Positions 30,265 to 39,987 of a stretch of 64,000 nt of DNA are shown here, in pieces. Numbering within the stretch: the first letter of the stretch is position 1; each line of letters starts with the position of its first letter. Origin of the DNA: Fibrobacterales bacterium. Lineage in GTDB: Bacteria; Fibrobacterota; Fibrobacteria; Fibrobacterales; JAOPTW01. A program made the translations under genes and the position numbers. The notes beneath the pieces are model-generated. The model saw only the letters and a program-made list of their open reading frames with translations, made no database searches and had not been told where the DNA came from. The DNA lies in NCBI GenBank assembly GCA_051532055.1, contig JAOPTX010000025.1:1-64000 (forward strand), given 5' to 3'.

Positions 30265-31420
30265 TAAGCCTTTTTTCTTTTGTCTCCTTGTATATAAAAA
30301 TATACATAAAAAAGAAAAAGTACATTTCTGGAGAAAAATAATGCCCTTCTCTTAAGAGTTTAAGGGAAAAGTATACGAGGCATGAATTCGAAATAATGTT
30401 TGGTATTTGATTCTTTAAGTCTTTTTTTGAATAATAATATATAATATAAAAGAACACACAAAGAATTCCAAATAAACCAAAATCTGAGAGAACTCTTAAG
30501 AAAAGAGAATTTGCATCTGCAGCATTAATACCGAAAAAAATCTTGTTATCTTTATTGACTCCATGTAACTTATTAATGTGTTTGTAGTAAGATGTTTCAT
30601 GAGAGCCTAGTCCATGCCCGATTAATGGGCTGTCTTCAAAGCTTTTTATAGCAACATAAGAGTTTGTTATGATTGCGTATGTGCTAAGGTTCACGCCACT
30701 TACACTTAGTGTTTTTATAGCTAAAACAGTGTCATCAATACGAAACCGAAAGTTCTCACTAGTGAAGTACATTGTTTGAAAAAAGGCAACCAAAAGAATA
30801 GCAGTAATAATAATAAAACGCTTTTTAATGTATAGCATGATACATATGGCTAAGCCAAGAAACCCAACTGACGATGAACTAAGAATGATAGCTAAGCCCA
30901 AAATAAAGGATTTAATTTTATTATTTTTATTATTAAAATAATAAAAGAAGGCTGGTAGTGTAACCATAGAGTAGTGTGCAGGTTCCAACATAATACTGTG
31001 TAGTCTAATGAAGCGCCCTTTTTGAATAAAATCCCAGAAAAAAATTATAACTCCAAGTACCGAAACATAAAATGCAATTCTAGAGAAGTATTTGAAGACT
31101 TCAGATGGGGGTAATTTAATATATCGGAAAAAATTATAAAAATAGATAGTAGTAATACTAATTCCAATAATTTGACTTACAGCTGCTTTTATTGGGGAGT
31201 CTAAAAGAAATGACGTACATATGGCAAGAAAAAGCAGTCCAGCAATAATAAAAATATGTTTATATGAAAATCTCAATTTTGAACCAAAAAGAAAAAGCAA
31301 AAAATTCTGACCTAGAATTAAATAAAAAAGCTTTATATCAATTCCACTTTGGTATCGTGCAGCCTCACTAAATAAAGCAGCAATTGTTGTAAATAAAATA
31401 TATTTCGATAAAAAATTCAT
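30248..31420 (-). CDS. O-antigen polymerase/ligase-like membrane protein (Wzy-like)
   Basis: About 10 TM segments, RLHSIMLEPA, PLIGHGLGS, DANSLFLRVLSDFG; start taken at ATG 31420. Confidence 0.7.
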   Translation of the reverse strand: MNFLSKYILFTTIAALFSEAARYQSGIDIKLFYLILGQNFLLFLFGSKLRFSYKHIFIIAGLLFLAICTSFLLDSPIKAAVSQIIGISITTIYFYNFFRYIKLPPSEVFKYFSRIAFYVSVLGVIIFFWDFIQKGRFIRLHSIMLEPAHYSMVTLPAFFYYFNNKNNKIKSFILGLAIILSSSSVGFLGLAICIMLYIKKRFIIITAILLVAFFQTMYFTSENFRFRIDDTVLAIKTLSVSGVNLSTYAIITNSYVAIKSFEDSPLIGHGLGSHETSYYKHINKLHGVNKDNKIFFGINAADANSLFLRVLSDFGLFGILCVFFYIIYYYSKKDLKNQIPNIISNSCLVYFSLKLLREGHYFSPEMYFFFFMYIFIYKETKEKRLTNCLK

Positions 31421-31425
31421 TTTCT

Positions 31426-31452
31426 TATATTTAGAGCACTTACCTAAATATA
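31426..31452. promoter_or_regulatory. Inverted TATATTTAG pair in a 41-bp divergent spacer (probable back-to-back promoter elements)
   Basis: tatatttag 31426-31434 and ctaaatata 31444-31452. Confidence 0.5.
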
Positions 31453-31461
31453 GTATTGTGA

Positions 31462-32517
31462 ATGAAAAAAATATATGTAAATGGAAGGTTCTTAACTCAA
31501 AAAACCACTGGAACCCAGCGGTTTGCAATTGAGATCACTAAAGAGTTGATAAAACATCACCCAAATGTTGAAATATTAGTTCCAGAGAAACAAAAAGATG
31601 ATTTGATTTACAAAGATTTCGCCGTAACAGGTGTTGAACATTTTAAAAATCAAGTGTGGGAACAAGTTAGTTTGTATAACTTTCTAAAAAAGCAAGACGA
31701 CTATACTTTATTAAACTTTTCATTTACTGGGCCGTATTTCTGTAAGAAATCAATAGTATGTGTACATGATATTATTTTTACGAACAGAAACTGGGTTTCT
31801 AAGAAGTTTTATTACTATTATAATTTTTTAGTTCCAAAACTAGCTAAAAGAGCATTAAGGGTATTGACAGTAAGTGAGTTTTCTAAAAATGAAATAAACG
31901 CCCAACTTAATATTCCATTGGATAAAATTGAAGTTGTTTATAATTCTGTTTCAAAAGAGTTTAAAGAAAATGCGGATTCAGAATTTGGCAAGAACTATGG
32001 AATGTATTTCCTTGGAGTATCAAGTTTAAATCCAAGGAAAAATTTTGAGGGTTTGATTGAAGGCTTTAATAATCTACAACTGCAAGATGTTAAGCTTGTC
32101 ATTGCTGGTGCGAAAAATAAAAAAATTTATGGCGAAACTATGCTTGGTGAAAATAATTCAGACAAAATTGTATTTACGGGATATGTTTCAGATTCAGAAT
32201 TAGCCTCATTATACAAATACGCAGTAGCGTTTGTATATCCATCATATTATGAAGGTTTTGGTCTGCCGCCAATAGAAGCCATGTCTATGGGGTGCCCTGT
32301 AATAACTTCTGATACATCAAGCCTACCAGAAGTTTGTGCTGATGCGGTAATTTATGTAAACCCTGAGGACACACCTTCAATCTCAAACGCAATTCAAACA
32401 CTTCATACCGATGAGAGTAAACGGAAAGAGCTTATAGGAAAAGGATATGAACGAGTCAAATATTTTAGCTGGGAAAAATCAGCAAAAAAAATTATTTCAA
32501 TTGTTCAATCTTTATAG
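31462..32517 (+). CDS. Glycosyltransferase family 4 (mannosyltransferase-like)
   Basis: NGRFLTQKTTGTQRFA, TVSEFSK, PRKN, YEGFGLPPIEAM. Confidence 0.9.
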   Translation: MKKIYVNGRFLTQKTTGTQRFAIEITKELIKHHPNVEILVPEKQKDDLIYKDFAVTGVEHFKNQVWEQVSLYNFLKKQDDYTLLNFSFTGPYFCKKSIVCVHDIIFTNRNWVSKKFYYYYNFLVPKLAKRALRVLTVSEFSKNEINAQLNIPLDKIEVVYNSVSKEFKENADSEFGKNYGMYFLGVSSLNPRKNFEGLIEGFNNLQLQDVKLVIAGAKNKKIYGETMLGENNSDKIVFTGYVSDSELASLYKYAVAFVYPSYYEGFGLPPIEAMSMGCPVITSDTSSLPEVCADAVIYVNPEDTPSISNAIQTLHTDESKRKELIGKGYERVKYFSWEKSAKKIISIVQSL

Positions 32518-32523
32518 GTTATT

Positions 32524-33447
32524 ATGAAAATATCTGTTATAATTCCAACCTATAATGCCGAACCTTTTCTTGAAAATCAATTAAAACAATTAAATAAACA
32601 AACTATTAAAATTGATGAAATTCTTATCTATGATTCTTCGTCAAAAGATCGTACAGTTGAAATAGCTCGCTCTTATAACGTTGACCCAACCATAGTTCCT
32701 CAGGCAGAGTTTGATCATGGAGGAACGCGAACTTTAGCTGCAAAAAGGGCAATTGGCGATATTCTTGTTTTCTTAACTCAAGATAGTGTAATATTTGATG
32801 ATAAAACAATAGAAAACCTTGTTTCTGGGTTTCAAAATGAGCAGGTAACCGCAATTTATGGGCGTCAGTTGCCACGACTAAATGCTCAGTTTTTTGAAAA
32901 ACACCTGAGATTATTTAATTACCCGGATAGGGCATATACGCGAGAAATAAGCCATAAAAGGCAATATGGGATAAAAACATGTTTTTTCTCAAACTCATTT
33001 TCAGCATATAGGAAAGAAGCACTGGAAGGTGTTAACTTTTTTGAAACAAATTTGATATTTGGTGAGGATACCGTAGCTGTCGCAAAAATGCTTATTAAGG
33101 GGTATACAATAGCCTATGAGCCAGAGGCTAAGGTGTATCATTCTCACGATTACACACCAATTGAAGAGTTTAAAAGGTATTTTGATATAGGGGCTTTTCA
33201 CAAAAATAACAATTGGCTACTTGATGAGTTTGGGCATGCTGAAAGCGAAGGTATGCGTTATGTTAAATCAGAGCTCAAGCTAATATTTAAAGAAAAGCAA
33301 TTTTTGTTGATACCATCTATGGTTATTAGGCTAGGGTGTAAATATATAGGGTATAGGCTAGGGTTGATTCACAATAAAATACCTTATCAACTGAAGTTAA
33401 GAATTAGCATGACAAAACATTGGTGGAAAAAGAACACTATAACCTAG
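32524..33447 (+). CDS. GT2 rhamnosyltransferase (RfbN-like)
   Basis: SVIIPTYNA, FDHGGTR, FLTQD, YGRQLP, FFSNSFSAYR, RYFDIG. Confidence 0.85.
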   Translation: MKISVIIPTYNAEPFLENQLKQLNKQTIKIDEILIYDSSSKDRTVEIARSYNVDPTIVPQAEFDHGGTRTLAAKRAIGDILVFLTQDSVIFDDKTIENLVSGFQNEQVTAIYGRQLPRLNAQFFEKHLRLFNYPDRAYTREISHKRQYGIKTCFFSNSFSAYRKEALEGVNFFETNLIFGEDTVAVAKMLIKGYTIAYEPEAKVYHSHDYTPIEEFKRYFDIGAFHKNNNWLLDEFGHAESEGMRYVKSELKLIFKEKQFLLIPSMVIRLGCKYIGYRLGLIHNKIPYQLKLRISMTKHWWKKNTIT

Positions 33448-33533
33448 CCAAATGTTCTCAGAATAATGCACGTATTTAAATCAAACAAATATATCTTTAG
33501 AAGAGATATTTGTTTTTTATTTAGGTAAAGAAT

Positions 33534-35099
33534 ATGAAGTTCGGTATATTCTTTGTTGTTTTTACTCTCTGTTTTTGTGACAGAAATAGTAGTTTGGCTA
33601 TTGATACTCCGAGCAGCTCAAACGAAGCCCTAAATCAAAGCTCAAGTCAAAAGTCTCTTGAGCAAAATGAAAGTTCTACTGTTGTTTTGGCTCAACTTAG
33701 CTCTGGTCATGTTGAATCCAACAACTCCTTTATTAGCTCAGCTTCGATACAAGATTCATTTATTTCATGTGAGAGTCATTACCATAGTCTAGGGATAATG
33801 GATAGCATTATTAACCTTGATAAAATGGATTCGATCACTACCAAATGTTTTTCAGAAAAAATCAATATTTATAATGATAGAAATTTGTTTTTTAAAGCTT
33901 TAGTTGATAATCAAAAACCTTATTCAGTATACTCTTGGGATAACACTAGCCACTATGTATCTTATGCTGGTGAATATGCTTATAGTTCAAAAGCATCAAG
34001 TAGAATATTAGTTCAACAATATAACTATGGTGATTGGTCGAATTATGATACTATGCTAATAGGTGAAAATGGAACGATAAATAATCCACTAGTTAATGGG
34101 GAGCCAGGAGCATTTGGTAGACCTTTCAGTCCAGATGTAGGAAGTATATATTCTATAACAGATTCAACGATAGTTTACTCAGCCTTTGGAAGTTATGGGT
34201 CCGGTATATCATATATTTTTGATTCTAAATATGGCGTAGACTATATGTTGAGAGCTAAAGACATCCAAGGAGATTCTTTAATAATTCAAACTCCAGTTAA
34301 TTTTAGGGTCGTAAATGCAATAATTAATAATGGAGTATTGTTTGGATTTGGCTTAGATACGGTTCTTGTAACTAATTTATTAATGGGGCAGAAAAGTGTT
34401 TTCAAGTTTTACTTTCCAACCGCGAATGTAGGGCCATATGGCTATAGAACAGACTCTATTTGGCCAATAGAGTTGATGGATAGTACAGTTTTGTTTTCTG
34501 ATGGTATAAGTTATCGACTAGGTAAAATAAAAACACTTGATGAAAAAAGGATGTATGAACAGTTACTAACTAATAGAGAAGTAAACGAGCAAAAACTAGT
34601 TACTCCAAAGGAGCACCCAGTATTCAATGTTTCACTATACTATTGCAAGGACCCTGTTTATTTTCCTTATGGTGCTAGATTAGTAGGTGAATTAGACTCT
34701 CTTACTAAAGATAGCTTATATGGTGTTGATTATTCGGTGGTTGATAGTCTAAGAATATCGTTAGATATATATTTTAAAGATTTTTCTGAAGGAACATTAT
34801 ATGCAACAATAAGCGAGGATTATAATGGCGAGAAAATTTATATTGTTGATCCACAATCTGTTTATTTCGATTGTGGAAATTACTCTACTTCAAGTGAATG
34901 TAAAAATGAAGATGTTACAATTCTAGACTATAACAATATATTTAAGGATCACTATATATGGTATAAATCTGCAGAAGGAATAATTAGTGGGCCATACTTC
35001 CCATCAATAAATTTAAATTTAGATATTGATTGGCCATATAAATGGGCAAAAGAGCAAGGTTTTTGTCCAAACTGTGTAGAAAAGGAAGAAACCAAATGA
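33534..35099 (+). CDS. Hypothetical lipoprotein, paralog A
   Basis: Hydrophobic leader ending TLCFC-D, Ser-rich linker; homologous to the next ORF. Confidence 0.65.
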   Translation: MKFGIFFVVFTLCFCDRNSSLAIDTPSSSNEALNQSSSQKSLEQNESSTVVLAQLSSGHVESNNSFISSASIQDSFISCESHYHSLGIMDSIINLDKMDSITTKCFSEKINIYNDRNLFFKALVDNQKPYSVYSWDNTSHYVSYAGEYAYSSKASSRILVQQYNYGDWSNYDTMLIGENGTINNPLVNGEPGAFGRPFSPDVGSIYSITDSTIVYSAFGSYGSGISYIFDSKYGVDYMLRAKDIQGDSLIIQTPVNFRVVNAIINNGVLFGFGLDTVLVTNLLMGQKSVFKFYFPTANVGPYGYRTDSIWPIELMDSTVLFSDGISYRLGKIKTLDEKRMYEQLLTNREVNEQKLVTPKEHPVFNVSLYYCKDPVYFPYGARLVGELDSLTKDSLYGVDYSVVDSLRISLDIYFKDFSEGTLYATISEDYNGEKIYIVDPQSVYFDCGNYSTSSECKNEDVTILDYNNIFKDHYIWYKSAEGIISGPYFPSINLNLDIDWPYKWAKEQGFCPNCVEKEETK

Positions 35100-36664
35100 G
35101 GGCCTTGATATTACTTATAACCTTAACACTCTGCTTTTGTGATAGAAACAATAGTCTCAATGTTGATACTCCGAGCAGCTCAACCGCAACTCAAAATCTA
35201 AGTAATAGTATTGATAGCAACAAACAACAAGTTGTAAGTTCAAGTCAAAAATCCCATGAGCAACATGAAAGTTCCACGATTGTTTTAGATCAGCTTAGTT
35301 CTAGCCCTGTTGAATTAAGTAACTCTTTTATTAGCTCATCTTCGGTACAAGATACATTTGTTTCATGTGAGAATTATTACCATATAGAAGGGTTAATTGA
35401 TAGCTCTATTACTTTTCAGGAAGCTGACTCAATTACAATAGACTGTTTAACTAAAAGTAGTAGTCTCCATAATGAAAATTACTTGTTTCTTCAGTCAGTG
35501 ATAGATAATCAAAAACCTGTTCTATATGATAAATTTGAGAGGAGCAATTATGAGGATAAGATTGAATATTACACCTCAAAAGCATCCGAATCAAGTATTT
35601 ATGTGCACACAACTATTCAAAGTACTGGTAAATTTGGCTTTTTTAGTGAGCTTTGGGTATTTAAAGATTCAATAAAAGACACTCTAAGTTTTCAAACTAC
35701 GGAATATTTTAAAAGTGGTATCCGTTTTTATCCAGTTATCAAAAACCTATATAGCTTATCTGACTCCTTAGTAATATATGATGTAGGTGTAGAGGGTTAT
35801 ACAAATTACCCCTTTGATGTTGTATATGGTGAAAATCGCGCTATTCGAGTAAAAAACATTCAAATGGATTCTGTCGTTGGGCAACACCCAATTAGTATTA
35901 ATCCAACAGATGTTGTTGAAAATAACGGAGTTTTGTTTGGTTTTGGAGATAGGTATGAGCCAGATAAACAGCCAACTATTGTGTTTGATTTTGTTAATGA
36001 TTCAAACGTTGTTATGGACTATACATTTGATGTAATAAGCGAAGATCCTATCTTACCAGTTGAGCTGCTAGACAGTACAATAATTTTTTCAAACTTTAAC
36101 ACTTACTATTGGGTTAAGATAGATTCAGAGTTGGAACAAAAAATGTTTGAAAAGTTATTGCAACAAAGGACTTTAATAGAAAAAGAGTTGGCTGTAGATA
36201 ACTGGAAGCCCATAATTGATGTTACAATATACTTTTTTGATGACCCGTTTTATTTTCCAAACTGCTGGCCTATTGATAATACGGAAAATTTAGACTCAAG
36301 CCAAATCGATAGTATTATAGCTTTTGATTATTCTACCATCGATAGTTTACGCACAGATATACATATTTATTTTGAAGATTACTCCAAGGGAAGTTTGTTT
36401 GCTACGTCGACTAAAGACCCTAATTCAGAAAAAATTTATAAGGTGACGCCAAACGGTTTTAAAGTTGATTGTGGTGACAATGAGTACTCATGGGCCTGTC
36501 AAAATGATGAAGTAGAAGTTTATGATGTAAAAAAATATCGAAGTGATCAATATTTATGGTATGAATCAAAAAATAGTGAAATATCTGGACCATATAGCCC
36601 TTCATTAAAAGGTGGGTGTTCTATAGATTGGTGGTATGACTTAGCACGATCTAGATTTGAATAG
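35096..36664 (+). CDS. Hypothetical lipoprotein, paralog B
   Basis: ATGA overlap with paralog A; same TLCFCDRN..DTPSSS start and conserved Cys positions. Confidence 0.65.
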   Translation: MRALILLITLTLCFCDRNNSLNVDTPSSSTATQNLSNSIDSNKQQVVSSSQKSHEQHESSTIVLDQLSSSPVELSNSFISSSSVQDTFVSCENYYHIEGLIDSSITFQEADSITIDCLTKSSSLHNENYLFLQSVIDNQKPVLYDKFERSNYEDKIEYYTSKASESSIYVHTTIQSTGKFGFFSELWVFKDSIKDTLSFQTTEYFKSGIRFYPVIKNLYSLSDSLVIYDVGVEGYTNYPFDVVYGENRAIRVKNIQMDSVVGQHPISINPTDVVENNGVLFGFGDRYEPDKQPTIVFDFVNDSNVVMDYTFDVISEDPILPVELLDSTIIFSNFNTYYWVKIDSELEQKMFEKLLQQRTLIEKELAVDNWKPIIDVTIYFFDDPFYFPNCWPIDNTENLDSSQIDSIIAFDYSTIDSLRTDIHIYFEDYSKGSLFATSTKDPNSEKIYKVTPNGFKVDCGDNEYSWACQNDEVEVYDVKKYRSDQYLWYESKNSEISGPYSPSLKGGCSIDWWYDLARSRFE

Positions 36665-36677
36665 CAAAAGGTTTATG

Positions 36678-36845
36678 TTAAAATTGAATGGAAGACCTTA
36701 GTAAAAGTCGGTTATGCTTTGCAAAGGTATAACTACCCTCTAGCTTTAAATATTTCCATTGCGTTGAAAATATGGTTCAAAAGAGTATTCAGGCCCAATG
36801 CCTTATAAAAACGTTTTTCCATTCTCATATGTATGGCCGTGAGGT
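36678..36845 (-). pseudogene. Orphan, frameshifted 3' end of a Wzi-like gene (homolog of 38484-38652)
   Basis: Translates ...AKHNRLLLRSSIQF* versus ...AKYDKLLFRSSIQF*; 1-bp deletion at gaaaa-tatgg versus gaaaagtatgg. Confidence 0.85.
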
Positions 36846-37062
36846 TGGGGAGGTAGAGTTTCAAATTTACCGCGAAAAAGAAAGCTGTTGCAATAACATA
36901 ATTATATATGCAATATCAATAAGGATGGAGAAATAACAAGTCTAATAAAAATCAGTATTGATAAATTTGATATTGACTTAGAATCCTATGTATTAGATAA
37001 TAATAGTGGATTTGAACAGCTTGATGAAGAGTAGGTGTATGAAAATTTATGGTGAAAATGTT

Positions 37063-38454
37063 ATGAAATACTATATGATGATTTTATCAGTTTTAATTCT
37101 ATTTTCAATTCAAGCATGTATTGATGGGTTAGCAAGTGAAAGTGAAGGCGTTGTGTCTTCACCTAGTTTGAAGGTAAGTAGTAGTTCAGTATCGCTACTC
37201 TCATCTAGTACTATGGAGAGTAGCGGTTCCGTATCGATACCTTTATCTAGTATTGTGGAAAGCAGCGGTTTAGTATCGATACCCTCATCTAGTACTGTGG
37301 AGAGTAGCAGTTCCGTATCGATACCCCCATCTAGTACTGTGGAGAGTAGCAATTCTGTATCGATACCCCCATCTAGTACTGTGGAGAGTAGCAGTTCTGT
37401 ATCGATATCTTCATCTAGTTTTTTTGGAAAAAATGATTATAAGCAAGTCTGTATTGGGAGCTATAATACATTTGTATTAAAAACAGACGGTACCTTATGG
37501 GCTACAGGAGATAATTCTCTAGGTCAATTTGGTGATGGCACTACAGAAATGAAAACAGCGCCTCTTCAAGTCATGACAGGAGTTATGGCTGTTTCTGCAG
37601 GAATCTATCATACGATGATATTAAAAGTAGACGGCTCCTTATTGGCTACGGGAGGTAATTCACACGGTCAACTTGGCGATGGCACTACAGAAATGAAAAC
37701 AGTACCTGTTCAAGTCATGACAGAAGTTACTGCAGTTTCTTCTGGGGAATATCACACTATGATATTAAAAACGGATGGTACCTTATGGGCTACGGGATTT
37801 AGTCCTCATGGTCAACTTGGTGACGGTACTGCAGGAATTACAGCAATGAGAACTATCCCTGCTCAAGTCATGACAGAAGTTATGGCAGTTTCTGCTGGGT
37901 ACCTACATACGATGATATTAAAAGCAGATGGCACCTTGTGGGCAACAGGATCTAATTCTCACGGTCAACTTGGTGATGGTACCATGGAAGATAAGGCTAC
38001 CCCTATTCAGGTCATGACAGGAGTTGCGGCAATTTCTACTGGTGAATACCACACGATGATATTAAAGGTTGATGGCACCTTATGGGCAACAGGGTCCAAT
38101 TCTCACGGCCAACTTGGTGATGGAACTACAGAAGACAAAGCTACTCCAGTTCAAGTCATGACAGGAGTTACGGCTGTTTCTGCCGGGCAATATTATACCA
38201 TGATATTAAAAACAGGCGGAACCTTATGGGCGGCAGGGTCTAATTCTCACGGCCAACTTGGTGATAGCACTACAGAAGATAAAGCTACTCCAGTTCAAGT
38301 TATTACAGGAGTTACAGGAGTTTCTGCTGGGTACCTTCATACCATGATATTAAAAACAAATGGTAGCTTGTGGGCAACAGGATATAACACAAATGGTCAA
38401 TTTGGTGATGGTGCTTCAGAAGATACAAGTACCCCAGTACAAATTGTCTGGTAA
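37063..38454 (+). CDS. RCC1/BLIP-II repeat beta-propeller lipoprotein with Ser-rich linker
   Basis: Lipobox IQAC; about 7 repeats of 48 aa (VSAG.YHTMILK.DGTLWATG.NSHGQLGDGT); start taken at ATG 37063. Confidence 0.88.
   Translation: MKYYMMILSVLILFSIQACIDGLASESEGVVSSPSLKVSSSSVSLLSSSTMESSGSVSIPLSSIVESSGLVSIPSSSTVESSSSVSIPPSSTVESSNSVSIPPSSTVESSSSVSISSSSFFGKNDYKQVCIGSYNTFVLKTDGTLWATGDNSLGQFGDGTTEMKTAPLQVMTGVMAVSAGIYHTMILKVDGSLLATGGNSHGQLGDGTTEMKTVPVQVMTEVTAVSSGEYHTMILKTDGTLWATGFSPHGQLGDGTAGITAMRTIPAQVMTEVMAVSAGYLHTMILKADGTLWATGSNSHGQLGDGTMEDKATPIQVMTGVAAISTGEYHTMILKVDGTLWATGSNSHGQLGDGTTEDKATPVQVMTGVTAVSAGQYYTMILKTGGTLWAAGSNSHGQLGDSTTEDKATPVQVITGVTGVSAGYLHTMILKTNGSLWATGYNTNGQFGDGASEDTSTPVQIVW
37177..37419 (+). 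repeat. 42-bp tandem repeat (about 5.5 copies) encoding SSTVESSSSVSIPP
   Basis: tctagtactgtggagagtagc...gtatcgatacc recurs every 42 bp. Confidence 0.9.
37440..38445 (+). repeat. 144-bp tandem repeats (RCC1 blades)
   Basis: caagtcatgacag at 37567 and 37711, with further copies downstream. Confidence 0.9.
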
Positions 38455-38483
38455 TGTTGCATGGGTATGGGTTAAATTGGTTT

Positions 38484-39923
38484 TTAAAACTGTATAGAAG
38501 ACCTGAATAATAATTTATCATATTTTGCAAAGGTATAACTGCCTTCTAGCTTTAAATATTTCCATTGTGTGGAAAAGTATGGCTCAAAAGAGTATTCAGG
38601 CTCAGCGCCTTTTAAAAATGTTTTTCCATTCTCATATGTATGACCATGAGGGGTTAGGTCATCTATATGAGAGCCATAATCATCACCCTTTTGTGTAATA
38701 TCAAATTTAATTGAAAAATAATGAAATTTCTTATACCTAGTATATATCTTAAAGTTTAAAACTTGAGAATTAGGACCCAATTGGTTTCCAAGTGGGTACC
38801 CCTGATTGGCTATTTGGGCTGTATTTGGTTCAAAATGAGTATATGCATATGGCTCTAATCGTGCGTATTCAAAAATAAAACCATTTGAAAAGTTGTTTAA
38901 ATCATAAATAAAATGTGAACCAAGTAGTAACCCCCACTTGTTTTGAATAAAGCCCTTTGTAAATAATGTTCCAGGCGATTCCATGTCATCTAAAAAGAAT
39001 TCAGAGTAAATTTTGGCTATGTTTGGAAATCTGTAACATACATCTATTGATAAATTACCATTGTTACTATTTTCATCGACAAGCCCTTTTTCAATGAATA
39101 ATGGTACAAATGGAACAAATAAAAAAGGTTGGTTATTTTCAAACAATATCATTTGTTCACTGATACCAAGTGTAATGTTTTTTAGAATGGATAGCTCATA
39201 TCGGTGAGCATATAGGTCTCTGTCAAATTTGTTAAGTTCCGATGGGCCTGTGTTTTCTAATAACAATTTTCCATAGAGAGTAATAACTTTGAGAGGTCCA
39301 ATTTGTGTTTGATATGTTAAGTGATTAAATGGGATAGCATTTTGATTGAAAATCATATTATTATAAATTCCAGGCCCCCAGTGAATAGCGTCCCTAGCAA
39401 TTGAGATAGTGCCGATGCCAAAATAAAAATTCATGTTTCCTCTATACCGTGCATATGAAGTAAATGAGGCCTGATCATTGACAGCTTCAGTTTGTTTATC
39501 GACAAATTCTCGGTCATAGGAGGGCACTTTATCTTGAGAATGAAATTCAGAAAATAGTCGTGCATCAAGGTAAAGGTCCATAAAAGAGTGCTTTGCCCCA
39601 AGAATAATTCCACCATCGAATGCTTTTGTTGTATTTGAATATATTTCTTGATATCTATATTCTATACCTCCAATAGCTTTAACGCCAATAAACTTATTAG
39701 AATCAGAATATGAAAGGTTATAAGAATCACATACTTTAGAACTATTTGGATTGCAATAACTTGGATATATATGTGAGATAGGAAGTGGGGAGATAATGCT
39801 ATTATGGTGTTCTTGCTCAAGGGGGAGGGCGTCAAATGTCTTTAATGTATACGGGTGGTTTAGTTGACTGTAATAGCCCCATATAAAGCTGGCAAAAAAG
39901 GTTACTAGTATTAATATTTTCAT
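38484..39923 (-). CDS. Capsule assembly Wzi-like outer-membrane protein
   Basis: Signal peptide; IARDAIHWGPG, YAHRYEL, YSEFFLDD, EYARLEPYAYTH, PLGNQLGPNS; C-terminal Phe. Confidence 0.65.
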   Translation of the reverse strand: MKILILVTFFASFIWGYYSQLNHPYTLKTFDALPLEQEHHNSIISPLPISHIYPSYCNPNSSKVCDSYNLSYSDSNKFIGVKAIGGIEYRYQEIYSNTTKAFDGGIILGAKHSFMDLYLDARLFSEFHSQDKVPSYDREFVDKQTEAVNDQASFTSYARYRGNMNFYFGIGTISIARDAIHWGPGIYNNMIFNQNAIPFNHLTYQTQIGPLKVITLYGKLLLENTGPSELNKFDRDLYAHRYELSILKNITLGISEQMILFENNQPFLFVPFVPLFIEKGLVDENSNNGNLSIDVCYRFPNIAKIYSEFFLDDMESPGTLFTKGFIQNKWGLLLGSHFIYDLNNFSNGFIFEYARLEPYAYTHFEPNTAQIANQGYPLGNQLGPNSQVLNFKIYTRYKKFHYFSIKFDITQKGDDYGSHIDDLTPHGHTYENGKTFLKGAEPEYSFEPYFSTQWKYLKLEGSYTFAKYDKLLFRSSIQF

Positions 39924-39987
39924 AAATAACTACATTTGTTTATCAATTGTAGTGTAAATTAGCAAAATTTAGTTCGAGATTTATAAA

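Noticed and set aside
30248..31528. ORF-track long N-terminal extensions (31528, also 20772, 35042, 51008, 18849)
   Set aside because: Most overlap neighbouring genes or precede signal peptides; downstream ATGs fit family N-termini better.
37177..38445. Regular repeats as a CRISPR array
   Set aside because: They are in-frame coding repeats (42 and 144 bp) without unique spacers.
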